Below are positions 23,706 through 37,064 of a DNA stretch of 64,000 bases, piece by piece. Below the pieces are notes generated by a model. It did not search any database. It was not told the DNA's origin and saw only the letters and a list, made by a program, of their open reading frames with translations. This stretch comes from Octopus vulgaris. Its lineage: Eukaryota. How positions within the stretch are numbered: position 1 is the first letter of the stretch; the number at the start of each line of letters is the position of its first letter. The position numbers and the translations under genes were made by a program. Location of the stretch: assembly GCA_951406725.2 (NCBI GenBank), contig OX597815.1, forward strand, positions 14,880,001 to 14,944,000. The letters run 5' to 3'.

Positions 23706-26285
23706 ACACCAGTTTTTGTTTTTCTATTTAATTTAAGTTACTCCCTCAACAAAAATCTCGTTGAAAATCAGAATAAAGTATCAACTAAGTAAATTAGAAC
23801 CGACCTACTTGCAAGCCTTAAGTGTATGTATGGCTCTGAGGAAGCTATAAGATGTCGCCACTGGTATTTAACACTGAGTGCACGCTTACTTAAAGAAGGA
23901 ACTGTTGTCAGCCAATGAAAATATCATGTGGCTCCTGTTCTTTTGTCGTTCGTTTATTGAACATATATATCTGTATGTGATTGTGTGTGTGTGTGTGTGT
24001 AGAGAGAGAGAGAGAATGAGAGAATGAAAGAGAGAGAAGGGGGCTTAGACGTCACTTGCACTTGCTAGTTGTTTTTGTTGCCTATGTAGTCTCGAGCAGA
24101 CATAGACACACTCACTCTTATCTCTCCTACCCTTAACCCAGCAAAACATCGATAATGCAACAGATGTAGGAAGAAAAAAGGAGAGAGAGAGAGGGGGGAG
24201 AGTTGCACCAGTCAGTAGTCGACTGGTACTTGTTTTCAGTTAAGTAGACTTGAGTAACATGAAATGGAGTGCTCAAGGAAACAATGGCCTGCCCGGTCAA
24301 AAAATCGAACCAACACCGTAACCTCATTCTCTCTCTCAATACACAAGCACACATACATACATATTTAAAAAAAAATTTTTTTTATTTTATCTAGTTTCAG
24401 CTCACGAGCTGTGGCCATGCTGGGGCACCGCCATTTGGTCACGTTCGTCTATTCTCCTGCTCAGTTTTTTAAGACTTCCCATTTCTCCCTTGCGTCAGCC
24501 TACTATGTTCGTCTAATAGTCGAGAGACCCTTTCTGTTATTGATTTGTGTTGTAAATGTATAATTACTTTCCTTTTGTTGTATAGCCGAACGGCGTTTTT
24601 CTGTTGTATATGTATAATTCTTTTTATGATACACTTGTATTATTATTTCATCACATTGTATTGTATAGTAATTTTTTTTTAGCTTTCTTGTTCTTGTATA
24701 CGTTCGTTTGCTTTTCCCAGAAGCTTAATGCTTTGGCGCTTGACCGAATCGAGCGGTTTCAGTGGTAAAAAGCGCGAAACTGCTAGGACTTTTCGGAAAT
24801 TTACTGACGAGGAAATCTGCTGCAAATATCCCGTGTATCTTGTTTTTGCTTAGTTTCCCGTTTGTTATGTTATCGTCAAGTTTTCCGTATATTTCCGCTT
24901 ACTGTGTTTTCTCCTTGTGTTCTTTCTGTTCAACCCTTGATTTGTGTGTGTATGTGTGAAGAAGGAAAATAGGGATTAAATAAATCCAAGCAAATCCAGT
25001 TCTAGCAAATTCATTCTCTCTTCTATGATTAAGTTGCAGTTAAGGACATCAGATTTAATTGCAACTCTAAACTGAGAAGATAAATACAACTGCTGGCTGT
25101 CATTAAACTTAGAACATCTGATAAAGGTATTTCCCCTTGTCTATAACACAAACACTGGACAATAAAAATGGAGACAGTGGTCTGGAATTTATTGCTTGTA
25201 AACCCCCTTCTTTATCTCAATGTATACAAAATTTAACACAAGCATTCTGCCTATGGAAAGAAAAGCATAGCAGCTATGTGCTCTGTATCTCTGGAAATTT
25301 AGTCGATCAAATGAAGGTTCGATTGAATATGCAATGAGCAGCGCTTGCGTTGTGCCAGGCTATTCGAAACGCGTGTAAGCTAAATAAATTGTTGATACCG
25401 TCTTTTCATTGTTTGTTTTACACACATACACTCTCTCTCTCTCTCTCTCACTCTCTCTGAAATTAATTAATTTGGCAACCCAGTTTCGCTTATATAAATC
25501 CCCTTTTTACCCTTAATCCCAGTTAAATTGATTAACACAAGCGAGATGTTACTCAGTGTAATCTTCTTGTCACTAATATGCATTACGGTGCGAGTTCAAA
25601 TCTCACTGAAGACAACTTTGTCTTTCATCTTTCCAAGGTCGATAAAATATAGTACAGATCATGTAATGGGATCGTTTTTCATCTACTTAATTTTCTTTAC
25701 AAAAATGCATGGCATTGAACCAGCGTTATTAATCTATAATATAAAATATTCAAACCGACATACCGCATTATGTAAATATAAAACAGCATATGGACGTGCG
25801 TGAAAATATAGATATTTATTGGACAGAGTGAGAGAAAACAGATGACATACCTAACCAACAACGGTCCTGTTAGAAATAGCAGCCAAATATTTTTCAAATG
25901 GACCATTTCGTCTTAAAATTAAGGAAGAATACATCGGATAAATTAAGTTACAGACATATCATGTATGAAATAAATGACGAAATGGTCATGTCTGGAATCT
26001 CCTTGATGTATGTCTATTTAATTTTGAGCAGACCTGGGACTAAAAGTGAACATACAAGATGTCACTCCTTTAAAAATAAAAATTTACATGTAAAAAAACA
26101 ACTCTGTAGAGTTTAATTTGAGAGTGATTTGGTTATTACGTGCAGTAAGTCGAGCGATCGCCTAATTTATTGTTCAATATATTTTTAAATGTTCCAGTTT
26201 CTTTTTTTTTTTTTTTTGTCTGTGTGTCATTGCTTTATTTATGCTCCATTAATTCGAGCTGTTTTGAAATCTTGTTTATTTACAA

Positions 26286-27470
26286 CTAGTAGAAGTACCC
26301 GGCATTGCTCGGGGTTCAAATACTACAATGTTTTTGATACTTACGTTAACGTCAAACTGTAACAAAATTGATCGCTTATTGTAACAAAGTTATAGCAAAT
26401 TGTAACAAAATTGGTCGCCGGGTACCGCTGAAGCCAAGAAGTAACAGTTTGATACGAAGTCTTGAGAAGAACCTTAATGCGTTCTAAGATGGTGTAACAA
26501 TCACGGGTAAAGTAGCCCTGCAAAAGGCTTTTTTGTCATTCTCACAGCAGTAGCAATTTGATAAAAAGCCTTGAAAAGGACTGGGATCTTTTCGGTTTGA
26601 ACGGCAGTTTTTTCTAGCGGTGTCATATGAAATTGTCACCCATAATTATGACCCTAGTATCGATCTATTGCATTTCAATCTGTTTTAGGGTTAGGGTTAG
26701 GGTGGGGGAAAGGTATCTTTTTTTTTCTTCAGAAATGTAAATAAACCCAATCTGTTTCTTAAACGAGGGACATATTCATACGGCACAGAATGTTTTCACC
26801 TCAATAGACGTCATTGATTGGTTGAAATTGCAGAAATTGAAGAAGAAAAAACAACAAATATTTTACAAACTATAGAATTTTCTCAATAAAGCCAAGAGAA
26901 AAAGATGTTTTATAAACACATTCTACCAGTATACGAAGTTTAAATTTTTTTAGTTACCTAGAAATTATTTTAAAAACTGCCGTTCAAACCGAAAAGACCC
27001 AAGAACTGTGATGTGTTCTCGGGTGGTGTAACAATTGTATATGAAAATTGACCCTGAAAAGGGTCTTTTTTTTCGCTTACACCGAAAGCAACGGAACTGC
27101 TTAAATGTAAACTCTGTAAAAATAGATGACAAACCTAGGTTGGACAAAGGAAAAGAGAAACATGGTTGAAGAAAGTTAGAAACTTTGAAAGCATGACTAC
27201 AATAGTACTCGCCACATATCAGGTCTGCAAGGCTGCACTGGTGTAGTGGAGACCTAGAGGCTCACGAATTTGAAAAGAGGTGTTGGAAGGCTGGAATTCC
27301 TTCCAACACCTCTCTGTAGACCACATTTTTCGTTTTGCCATTAGGAGTAAGTACGAATAGATTTTTGTTTGCTTCCAACTCTGGAGAATCCGACATATAA
27401 CTGGCCATGAAAGAAACGTGGCTTGCCCTCCTTCTTTTGGCAGCAGAAAGCAGGCTCTGTTTTACAACCA
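26286..27470 (-). mobile_element. Helitron 3' fragment (Pif1 helicase C-terminus, hairpin, CTAG end)
   Basis: FHGQLYVGFSRVGS (frameshift) KNLFVLTPNGKTKNVVYREVL; terminus CCCGAGCAATGCCGGG-TACTTCTA-CTAG|T. Confidence 0.88.
26584..27000. mobile_element. MITE, Merlin-like, with internal (TTAGGG)3
   Basis: TIR GGATCTTTTCGGTTTGAACGGCAGTTTT; 8-bp TSD AAGGACTG/AAGAACTG; nested in the Helitron. Confidence 0.8.
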
Positions 27471-27596
27471 AGGCGCCTTCTTTTCTTAGTTGGCATGGCG
27501 GTAGTATTGGACTATGTTTGAAATGCGAGTTTTAAAAAACGGGCAAAAAGGGACACAGAAAAGCAAATTTGGCACGATGTAAAAAAGTGAATCTAC

Positions 27597-28011
27597 GGAT
27601 CTTTTCGGTTTGAACGGCAGTTTTTTCTAGCGGTGTCATATGAAATTGTCACCCATAATTATGACCCTAGAATCGATCTATTGCATTTCAATCAGTTTTA
27701 GGGTTAGGGTTAGGGGTGGGGGGAAGGGTATCTTTTTTTCTTCACAAATGTAAATAAACCCAATCTGTTTCTTAAACGAGGGACATATTCATACGGCACA
27801 GAATGTTTTTGACCTCAATAGATGTCATTGATTGGTTGAAATTGCAGAAATTGAAGAAAACAAATAAACATCTTACAAACTATAGAATTTTTTCAATAAA
27901 GCCAAGAGAAAAAGATGTTTTATAAACACATTCTACCAGTATACGAAGTTCAAAAGTGTTTAGTTACGTGGAAATTATTTTAAAAAACTGCCGTTCAAAC
28001 CGAAAAGATCC
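27597..28011. mobile_element. Second copy of the Merlin-like MITE
   Basis: Same TIRs and body; no clear TSD. Confidence 0.8.
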
Positions 28012-28541
28012 AAGACCTTCCATATAAAACATATCAACCTAACCTTCTTCAGCAGTATCAAATCATGTCACAACGTATATCAAATAAACAGTCCTATGTT
28101 TCACTCTGAGTTACGAACAACGAGATCCATAATAAACTTTAGATGAAATAGAGCGTACTTAGGACACCTATAGAAAAGAGGTATCACGGGGTTTTTGCTG
28201 TGACGGATGTACCAAGATTCAAGTAGAACAGTAGAACAAGGGCAGCACACTGCTTAAAATTTGTATTTTTTTTTTCCCTGTTACCTAGCTATAATTACAT
28301 AATTCACTTACAATATTTACAACAGTGATCCTCAGACTTACGTAGCGCCGTATGGTGCACTGAAAAAAAAAGCAAGACAATAAAACAAACTGATTTTGTG
28401 CAGTGTATTTGCTTGGTGCAATGCTTCTTGCATGAAATCTTGTTGTAAATTACATAAACAAGCCGAGATCTTATATAATGGTTTACAATTTTGGGCACAA
28501 GGTCTTGTGAAGTGAAATTATATTTGAATATGAATATCATA

Positions 28542-28706
28542 GGCGCAGGAGTGGCTGTGTGGTAAGTAGCTTGCTTACCAACCACATGGTTTCGGGTTCA
28601 GTCCCACTGCGTGGCACGTTGGGCAAGTGTCTTCTACTATAGCCTCGGGCCGACCAAAGCCTTGTGAGTGGATTTGGTAGACGGAAACTGAAAGAAGCCC
28701 GTCGTA

Positions 28707-28751
<45 letters not shown>

Positions 28752-28806
28752 ATAAACACGCCAGCATCGGTTGTCAAGCAATGCTAGGGGGACAAACACA
28801 CACACG

Positions 28807-28841
<35 letters not shown>

Positions 28842-29047
28842 TGTGTGTGTTTGTCCCCCTAGCATTGCTTGACAACCGATGCTGGTGTGTTTATGTCCCC
28901 GTTACTTAGCGGTTCGGCAAAAGACACCGATAAAATAAGTACTGGGCTTACAAAGAATAAGTCCCGGGATCGATTTGCTCGACCAAAGGCGGTGCTCCAG
29001 CAAAGCCGCAGAACAACTGACTGAAACAAGTAAAAGAGTAAAAGAGT
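28542..29047 (+). mobile_element. SINE family A with an internal inverted duplication
   Basis: Family match; 28754-28810 is the reverse complement of 28835-28893. Confidence 0.9.
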
Positions 29048-29317
29048 ATCATCTTTTTTTTTTTTTTTTTTTGCTCACTTATAATACGTGTCCTATTTAT
29101 ATTCTAATTTCAACAAAGACTTGTTTTTCTTTGAAATATATAAGTAATGTTCCTGGTGTAAACATTTTATTTCAAAGAAAGTAAAAATTCTCAATATCCA
29201 ATGTCCTTGGGCGTGCCGTTGACTTTTGTGAGTCGGTTGTTATCGCACGTGTTACGAACCACTGGTTTTAAACACCATAATAGTCGAAGTGATTTTTTTT
29301 TTTTTTTTTTTTTTTTT

Positions 29318-29533
29318 GTACTTGTTTCAGTCATTTGACTGCGGCCATGCTGGAGCACCGCCTTTAGAGTGGTGAAAGAGTACAGCAGGGATCACCACAT
29401 CCCGCCGGAGCCTCGTGGAGCTTTTAGGTGTTTTTTTCGCTCAATAAACACACACAACGCCCGGTCTGGGAATCGAAACCGCGATCCTCCGACCGCAAGT
29501 CCGCTGCCCTAACCACTAGGCCATTGCGCCTCC
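29318..29533 (-). mobile_element. SINE family B head joined to a family A tail fragment
   Basis: 29367-29533 matches the B head; 29318-29365 matches the A tail. Confidence 0.8.
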
Positions 29534-29756
29534 AAAAAAAAAATTTTATTTTTCTTTGAAATGTATTTTTTCTTTGAAATGTATTTTTCGTTGAAATGCA
29601 ATGCACTTCAACGAAAAATCACAGATGTCAATATCCAACGCTCCTCTGTTGTGCCGCTGACATTCGTGCCTCGGTTGTTACTGCACATGTTAAGAACCAC
29701 TGATTTTAAACCTCATAGTAGTCCAAGTAATATTTATGGCTTGTATTTACACTTGT

Positions 29757-30525
29757 AAGGCGGCGAGCAGGCAGAAAAGTTAGCACGCTGGGTGAAATGC
29801 GTAGCCGTATATCGTCTGCCGTTACGTTCTGAGTTCAAATTCCGCCGAGGTCGACTTTGCCATTCATTCTTTCGGGGTCGATAAATTAAGTACCAGTTAC
29901 GCACTGGGGTCGATGTAATCGACTTAATACCTATGTCTGTCCTTGTTTGTCCCCTCTATGTAGGGCCCCTTGTGGGTAATAAAGAAATAGGTATTTCGTC
30001 TGCCGCTACGTTCTGAGTTCAAATTCACCCGAGGTCAACTTTGCCTTTCATCCTTTCGGGGTCGATTAAATAAGTACCAGTTACGCACTGGAGTCGATAT
30101 AATCGACTTAATCCCTTTGTCTGTCATTGTTTATCCCTTCTGTGTTTAGCCCTTTGTGGGTAGTAAAGAAATAGGTATTTCGTCTGCCGCTACGTTCTGA
30201 GTTCAAATTCCGCAGAGGTCAACTTTGCCTTTCATCCTTTCGGGGTCGATAAATTAAATACCAGTTACGCACTGGGGTCGATGTAATCGACTTAATACAT
30301 TTGTCTGTCATTGTTTATCCCTTCTGTGTTTAGCCCCTTGTGGGTAGTAAAGAAATAGGTATTTCGTCTGTCTTTAACTTCTAAATTCAAATTCCGCCGA
30401 GGTCGACTTTGCCTTTCATCCTTTCGGAGACTATAAATAAAATATCAGTTGCGGGCTGGGGTCGATCTAATCGACAGGCTCCCTCCCCAAACATTTTGTA
30501 CCTTGTGCCTAGAGAAGAAAAGAAT
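29757..30525 (+). mobile_element. SINE family C, head plus four tandem units
   Basis: Same organisation as 12937-13720. Confidence 0.88.
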
Positions 30526-30560
30526 ATTATTTATGACTTGTACACAATGACAGCAAAATC

Positions 30561-30974
30561 TGTGTGGTAAGTAGCTTGTTTACCAACCACATGGTTCCGG
30601 GTTCAGTCCCACTGCGTGGCACCTTGGGGAAGTGTCTACTACTATAGCCTCGGGCCGACCAAAGCCTTGTGAGTGGATTTGGTAGACGGAAACTGAAAGA
30701 AGCCCATCGTATATATGTATATATATATATATATATATATGCATGTGTGTTTGTGTGTCTGTGTTTGTCCCCCTAGCATTGCTTGACTACCGATGCTGGT
30801 GTGTTTATGTCCCCGTGTTACTTAAATACTTAGCGGTTCGGCAAAAAAGACCGATAGAATAAGTACTGGGCTTACAAAAAGAATAAGTCCTGGGGTCGAG
30901 TTGCTCGATTAAAAGGCGGTGCTCCAGCATGGCCGCGGTCAGATGACTGAAACAAGTAAAAGAGTAAAAGAGTA
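30561..30974 (+). mobile_element. SINE family A
   Basis: Family match, slightly 5' truncated. Confidence 0.9.
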
Positions 30975-31575
30975 ACTGTACAAAACCCCAAAACATCAAG
31001 GTTTTTTGCGAGGTTGGTGGCATTTTTTTCAGTAGTTTGAACAAAATAATGAAATTAAAAAAAAAACAAAACACATTAAAGCAGTGATATTTTTTTTCTG
31101 TTTAAAAAAAAAAAATCAGAAGTAAACAAACTATATACTAACATCCTCACACCCGAACACTCACACGCCTACAGACCTAACATGGGATTTTCATGTGTAA
31201 AAAAAAAATAATGTTATTATGAGTCACTTGTTTACCACTGACTCTTGTGTTTCGTTTTATTTTTGGGCAGGTTATTGAGGTCAATCGCTGTTGTCAACAT
31301 ATTGTATGCCCCGCTTTGTTGGTTTCTCCGCGATGTGAGCACAGGAACAGAATCGGCAGTGAGTATAAGAAAAACAACGAAAGGGTCACACCCATACGTA
31401 TATATGTTTTTTTGGCGATGTTTCGGTTGTCGTAGCACATCGCCGTTTTTTTTTTTTTTTTGCACGAATGGAACAATAACAAACACACACACACACACAC
31501 ATTACGACACCACGACTAAAGACAGAAAGACACGGATACAAATAAAATATAATACACACACACAAAAGACAAACG

Positions 31576-31725
31576 TGTGGTAAGTAGCTTGCTAACCAAC
31601 CACATGGTTCCGGGTTCAGTCTCCACTGCGTGTCACCTTGGGCAAGTGTCTTCTGCTATAGCCCCGGGCCGACCAATGCCTTGTGAGTGGATTTGGTAGA
31701 CGGAAACTGAAAGAAGCATGTCGTA

Positions 31726-31801
<76 letters not shown>

Positions 31802-32015
31802 TGTTTGTGTGTCTGTGTTTGTCCCCCTAGCATTGCTTGATAACCGATGCTGGTGTGTTTACGTCCCCGTCACTTAGCGGTTCGGCAAAAAGAGACCGAT
31901 AGAATAAGTACTGGGCTTACAAAGAATAAGTCCCGGGGTCGATTTGCTCGACTAAAAGCGGTGCTCCAGCATGGCCGCAGTCAAATGACTGAAACAAGTA
32001 AAAGAATAAAAGAAA
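31576..32015 (+). mobile_element. SINE family A
   Basis: Family match. Confidence 0.9.
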
Positions 32016-32056
32016 AAATACCAATGATAAATATAAGATATAGAGATAAATATGTG

Positions 32057-32840
32057 CCGTAAATCCTCGAGTATAGTCCGCCCTTGAGTATAATACGCAG
32101 GGGATCTTTAGAGGGCTGTACCTCTGAAAAACCTAAACCTTGTACATAATACGCACCCCTTCTCTAACTTGAGTCAAGGAGGTCTATATAACGTCCTTGG
32201 TTTGTAAAACTGTATAGGGCAACGTCCTTTATTATTATTGTATATATAACATAATGCAAACGTGTAGCTTTTTTTGTGCATTTTGTTTGCAGAAAATAAA
32301 GAAATAACAGTAATAACGTTTAATAAATGTTGCTTACTGCAAGTTATGGATGATTCTTTTATGACTTCATTGCTTTCAGGCTTAGCTTAAGGTATTTTTG
32401 CGCCCGACATCACAAAATGCGTCTGAATAAACATTGCCAGACCACAAATAGAGACTCGGACATTGCTAAGAGAATAATTTTCATTTTTAACCTCGTGTAT
32501 AGTACGCACTAGGGATTTTGACCTTTAAATTTTTTTGGGGGGAAATGCGGATTATACTCGAGGATTTACGGTAAACAAAAAAACCAACTATATGATTATT
32601 TTATGACTTCATTGCTTTCAGGCTTAGCTTAAGGTATTTTCGCGCCCGACATCACAAAATGCGTCTGAATAAACATTGCTGGACAGCAAATAGAGACTCG
32701 AACATTGCTTAGAAAATATTTTTTCATTTTTAACCTCGTATATAGTACGCACTAGGGATTTTGACCTTTAAATTTTTTGGGGGGAAATGCGGATTATACT
32801 CGAGGATTTATGGTAAACAAAAAAAAAAAAACAACTATAT
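32057..32840. mobile_element. pogo-like MITE (32057-32571) plus tandem duplicate of its right half and flank
   Basis: TIRs CCGTAAATCCTCGAGTATA/TATACTCGAGGATTTACGG; about 32350-32592 repeated at 32593-32840. Confidence 0.88.
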
Positions 32841-33254
32841 AAACGGCAGGGATACAAATAATATTGTAAGCAAACAAAAACATATATAGTAACTTCACAA
32901 ACTGCCGCAACAAGTGAATAACAGCAAAACAAACAACAACAAAGATATTAACAACATGAACGAACACACAGACACAGAAAGATACAAAAGAGTCTAGAAT
33001 AGCAGCAGCAGAGAATACGTAGGTGAGGGGAGGGTAAGAGTAAAGACTAAGAACAACAATAACATAAAAGATATAAACAGTGTAGTGGGTAAAGCCCATA
33101 TAGACACATACTATCACGCATGCGAAATATATAGACACGCGAAAGCACGCACACACACACACACACAGACACACAGAGAGACGCAAACGCATGCACACAA
33201 GAATATAAGGACAGATGGGATAAAGCAGAGGAGGATGCATGTGGACGGAAAGGG

Positions 33255-33297
33255 GTCGCTGAAGAGGTCACAGAGGTGTGACGAAAGATTTCCGGAC
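33255..33297 (+). ncRNA. Hammerhead-like motif in a PLE-type terminus (about 33240-33420)
   Basis: GUCG-CUGAAGA-G-GUCACA[GAGG]UGUGAC-GAAA-GAUU-UC-CGGAC; stems I and III imperfect. Confidence 0.55.
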
Positions 33298-33635
33298 AAT
33301 GGACATGAGTTAAAATAAGAACAGTAATAAACGAGTGGAGAGTGAATATATATATAGTGCGTGTGTTAATTTGGTAAAAAAATGAAAAAAAAAATGACCG
33401 TTCTGAAATATAACAATATATAGGCGGTGCTCCAGCATGGCCACAGTCAAATGACTGAAACAAGTAATAGAGTAATAGAGAGTATATAAATACAAAATGG
33501 GACAAGAACGCAAAACATCCAAATAGACGATACAAAAAACACAGACGGGTCATTCGAAGCCTTTAATCTTTAGTCAAGAACCGGATCATCCTCGTATATG
33601 AAAATTCTTGACCCAATGATAACGGTCAGAGTATA

Positions 33636-34069
33636 TCATCATCATCATCATCATCATTTAACGTCCGCTTTCCATGCTAGCATGGGTTGGACGGTTTAAC
33701 TGGGGTCTGTGAAGCCGGAAGGCTTCATCAGGCCCAGTCAGATTTCGCAGTGTTTCTACGGCTGGATGCCCTTCCTAACGCCAACCACTCCGCGAGTGTA
33801 GTGGGTGTTTTTTACGTGCCACCTGCACAGGTGCCAGACAGAGCTGGCACAACGACCATGAATGGATGGTGCTTTTACGTGTCACCGGCACGGGGACAGG
33901 CGGTGCTGGCAACGGACACGAACGAATGGTGCTTTTACGTGCCACCGACACGGGGCCAGACAGAGCTGGCAAACGGCCACGAACGGACGGTGCTTTTACG
34001 TGTCACTGGCACGGGGACCAGCCGAGGCTGGCAACGAACACGAACGTATGGTGCTTTTACATGCCACCG

Positions 34070-34070
<1 letters not shown>
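33636..34070 (-). mobile_element. RTE LINE 3'UTR fragment with ~60-bp subrepeats and (GAT)n tail
   Basis: Matches the 3' ends of 50680-51368 and 53915-55270. Confidence 0.85.
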
Positions 34071-34102
<32 letters not shown>

Positions 34103-34177
34103 CACAAACGAGTGAGTGGATAAACGAAAGATGAGGGCATGCAACCAATTTATGGTGAGTTACATGTATTGATCACA

Positions 34178-34550
34178 TGTGGCTGTTTGGTAAGAAGTTT
34201 ACTTCCCAAACCACATTGTTCGGGGTCTGGTCCAACCCAACTGTGTGGCAACTTGGACAAATGCCTTCTACAATAGTCTCAGGCCGACCAAAGCTTTTTG
34301 AGTGCATTTGGTAGACGGAAATCTATATAATAGAGAAGGTCCCTTTATGTCCCCCACCACTGCTTGACAACTGGTTTTGGTGTGTTTACGCCCCCATAAC
34401 TTTGTGGTTTGGTAAAACAGATCGATAGAATAAGTATAAGGTCTTAAAAAAAAGTACTGGAGTCAACTTTTTCGACTAAAGTTCTCCAAGGCGTTGCCCC
34501 AATATGGCCATGGTCTTAAGACAGAAACAAATAAGAGAAAAATAAAAGAT
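34178..34550 (+). mobile_element. SINE family A (old copy)
   Basis: Diverged family match. Confidence 0.8.
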
Positions 34551-35087
34551 AAATGTGTATAACAAGAGAAAAGAACATGGGGCCTAACTTGATACTGGTT
34601 CATTCCAAGTCTTACATAGGTTTCAGTATTCAGCAGCACATGACATCACATTACAGATGTAACCAGCAGGTACTGTTTATAAGGCAAACATGGAGCAGAC
34701 AAGTAGTCAGGCAATTGATGAAAAAATACAAGCTAGAGACAAGCCGCAACCAACTTTGTATACCCAGGTAGCACATGCCAGATGGGGAAGGGGGTGGTAG
34801 GTAGGTAAGACAGTTGACATAATCGCAGGGTAAACTGGAGTTAATAGGGACGGGGTAAGACATTAGGTAAGAAAGAGGACTTTGGTTGCTTTTACTTGAC
34901 AGTAAAAGTTAGTGTTAAAATAAAACCTCTTTGAGAACAACAACATCATCCTAGTCCCAGCCGACCAGTCGGTCATTAACCAGTCAACCAGATCAAGCTA
35001 TGATCCTTCAATGAATAGGAAACAAATGATATTGTTGTCTACCTGAGTATCACCATTTTGAATACTTTTGTTTATATATTCCATTGT

Positions 35088-35330
35088 AAAAAGATTCGAG
35101 TGAGGTCGTTGCCAGTACCGCCTGACTGGCCCCCGTGCCGGTGGCACGTAAAAGGCACCCACTACACTCTCGGAGTGGTTGGCGTTAGGAAGGGCATCCA
35201 GCTGTAGAAACTCTGCCAAATCAAGACTAGAGCCTAGTGCAGCCATCTGGTTTGCCAGCCCTCAGTCAAAATCGTCCAACCCATGCTAGCATGGAAAGCG
35301 GACGTTAAACGATGCTGCTGCTGATGATGT
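35088..35330 (+). mobile_element. RTE 3'UTR fragment
   Basis: GGTTGGCGTTAGGAAGGGCATCCAGCTGTAGAAAC...GGACGTTAAACGATG; further copies at 39043-39218, 43972-44310 (-), 49035-49220, 50295-50492, 63607-63836. Confidence 0.85.
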
Positions 35331-35769
35331 AATTTCCCATCATCATACCAAAAGCCAGGAAACCTTTCACCTCCTTTTGACATGGATTCAGCCCTCTTCC
35401 CACAAAGTACAAACACATCCCTTTCTACATTGAGCATATGCCCAGCCAAAATCATTTCCCTCCTGACTCATACCGTCTTCTTTTTCTTCTTTTCTCCAGG
35501 CGATATTAAGTCACACTCAGAAAGGAAACAGTAAATACACAGATGATGAAGATAGCGGCAACTTCAGTTATCATCGATTTGAAAACGAATGATAACAAGA
35601 GCACAGTAAAAGAGATGCTGAAGAAACCACTTACCTGTGCTCAGGAATAAAATATGTTAAAACCAGTATACGGTCAAATAAAAGATGGAAAGCATCAGAT
35701 TATAACCTCAACTGCATTTAATGTTTTTTCTTTACGCTTTTTAAAAAAAATTCTCCTTATACTGATGGA

Positions 35770-36153
35770 TAGAAGCACTCCGTCGGTTACGACGATGAGG
35801 GTTCCGGTTGATCCAAATCAACGGAACAGCCTGCTCGTGAAATTAACATGTAAGTGGCTGAGCACTCCACAGACACGTGCAGCCTTAACGTAGTTCTCGG
35901 GGATATTCAGCGTGACACAGAGAGTGACAAGGCCGGCCCCTTGAAATACAGGTACAACAGAAACAGGAAGTAAGAGTGAGAGAAAGTTGTGGTGAAAGAG
36001 TACAGCAGGGATCACCACCATCCCCTGGCGGAGCCCCGTGGAGCTTTTAGGTGTTTTCGCTCAATAAACACTCACAACGCCCGGTCTGGGAATCGAAACC
36101 GCGATCCTATGACCGCGAGTCCGCTGCCCTAACCACTGGGCCATTGCGCCTCC
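35770..36153 (-). mobile_element. SINE family B, full length
   Basis: Reverse complement of 7266-7628. Confidence 0.92.
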
Positions 36154-36581
36154 ACTCATTATACTATACATTGACAGACAGGCAGGCAGTTCTAGAGTTA
36201 TATGTGGGAGACTTCAAGATTCATGCTCAGAAAGGGCAATAATACAAACGCACATAAGTCACACCATGCACGATCTGATAATCGTTCAAATTCATATGAC
36301 ATGAATACTATGTTGGAAAATATATGAAGAAACATTCTAAGAGAAAGGATGGTAATTGTATTCCTAGAAGCTAGGCTATATCCCTTTAAATTAAATGTTG
36401 AGTGTGCTAAAAGGCCAACCTACTCAGTCAGAATATTGTTAATGTTGAATATATAATGCGTTTTATCTTGTGAATATGTGTCACAAAGAATGTCAAAATG
36501 TACATCTAGCAAGGGTAGTTGAATGGTGAAAATGGTACTGACCTTTGAAAATCAAGGTCAGAGTTATTTACGAGATGTATA

Positions 36582-36950
36582 GGCGCAGGAGTGGCTGTGT
36601 GGTACGTAGCTTGCTAACCAACCACATGGTTCCGGGTTCAGTCCCACTGCGTGGCATTTTGGGCAAGTGTCTTCTACTATAGCCTCGGGCCGACCAAAGC
36701 CTTGTGAGTGGATTTGGTAAACGGAAACTGAAAGAAGCCTGTCGTATATATGTGTGTGTGTTTGTCCCCCTAGCATTGCTTGACAACTGATGCTGGTGTG
36801 TTTACGTCCCCGTCACTTAGCGGTTCGGCAAAAGAGACCGATAGAATAAGTACTGGGCTTAGAAAGAATAAGTCTCGGGGTCGATTTGCTCGACTAAAGG
36901 TGGTGCTCCAGCATGGCCGCAGTCAAATGACTGAAACAAGTAAAAGAGTA
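36582..36950 (+). mobile_element. SINE family A
   Basis: Family match. Confidence 0.92.
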
Positions 36951-37064
36951 TCTCAACATATTTCCATTATCAAGTTCGAGGACGCTTACTTCACCAGGTT
37001 AGACACATTGTTAAACACACATTTGCCCCTCCATCCCATTCAACTATCCCTGCGTGATGTAGAT

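Noticed and set aside
26685-26702. Telomere or chromosome-fusion scar
   Set aside because: Only three units, internal to a MITE present twice
20350-27470. Single intact Helitron spanning both fragments
   Set aside because: The 5' fragment is on plus and the 3' fragment on minus, and the Rep and most helicase sequence is absent
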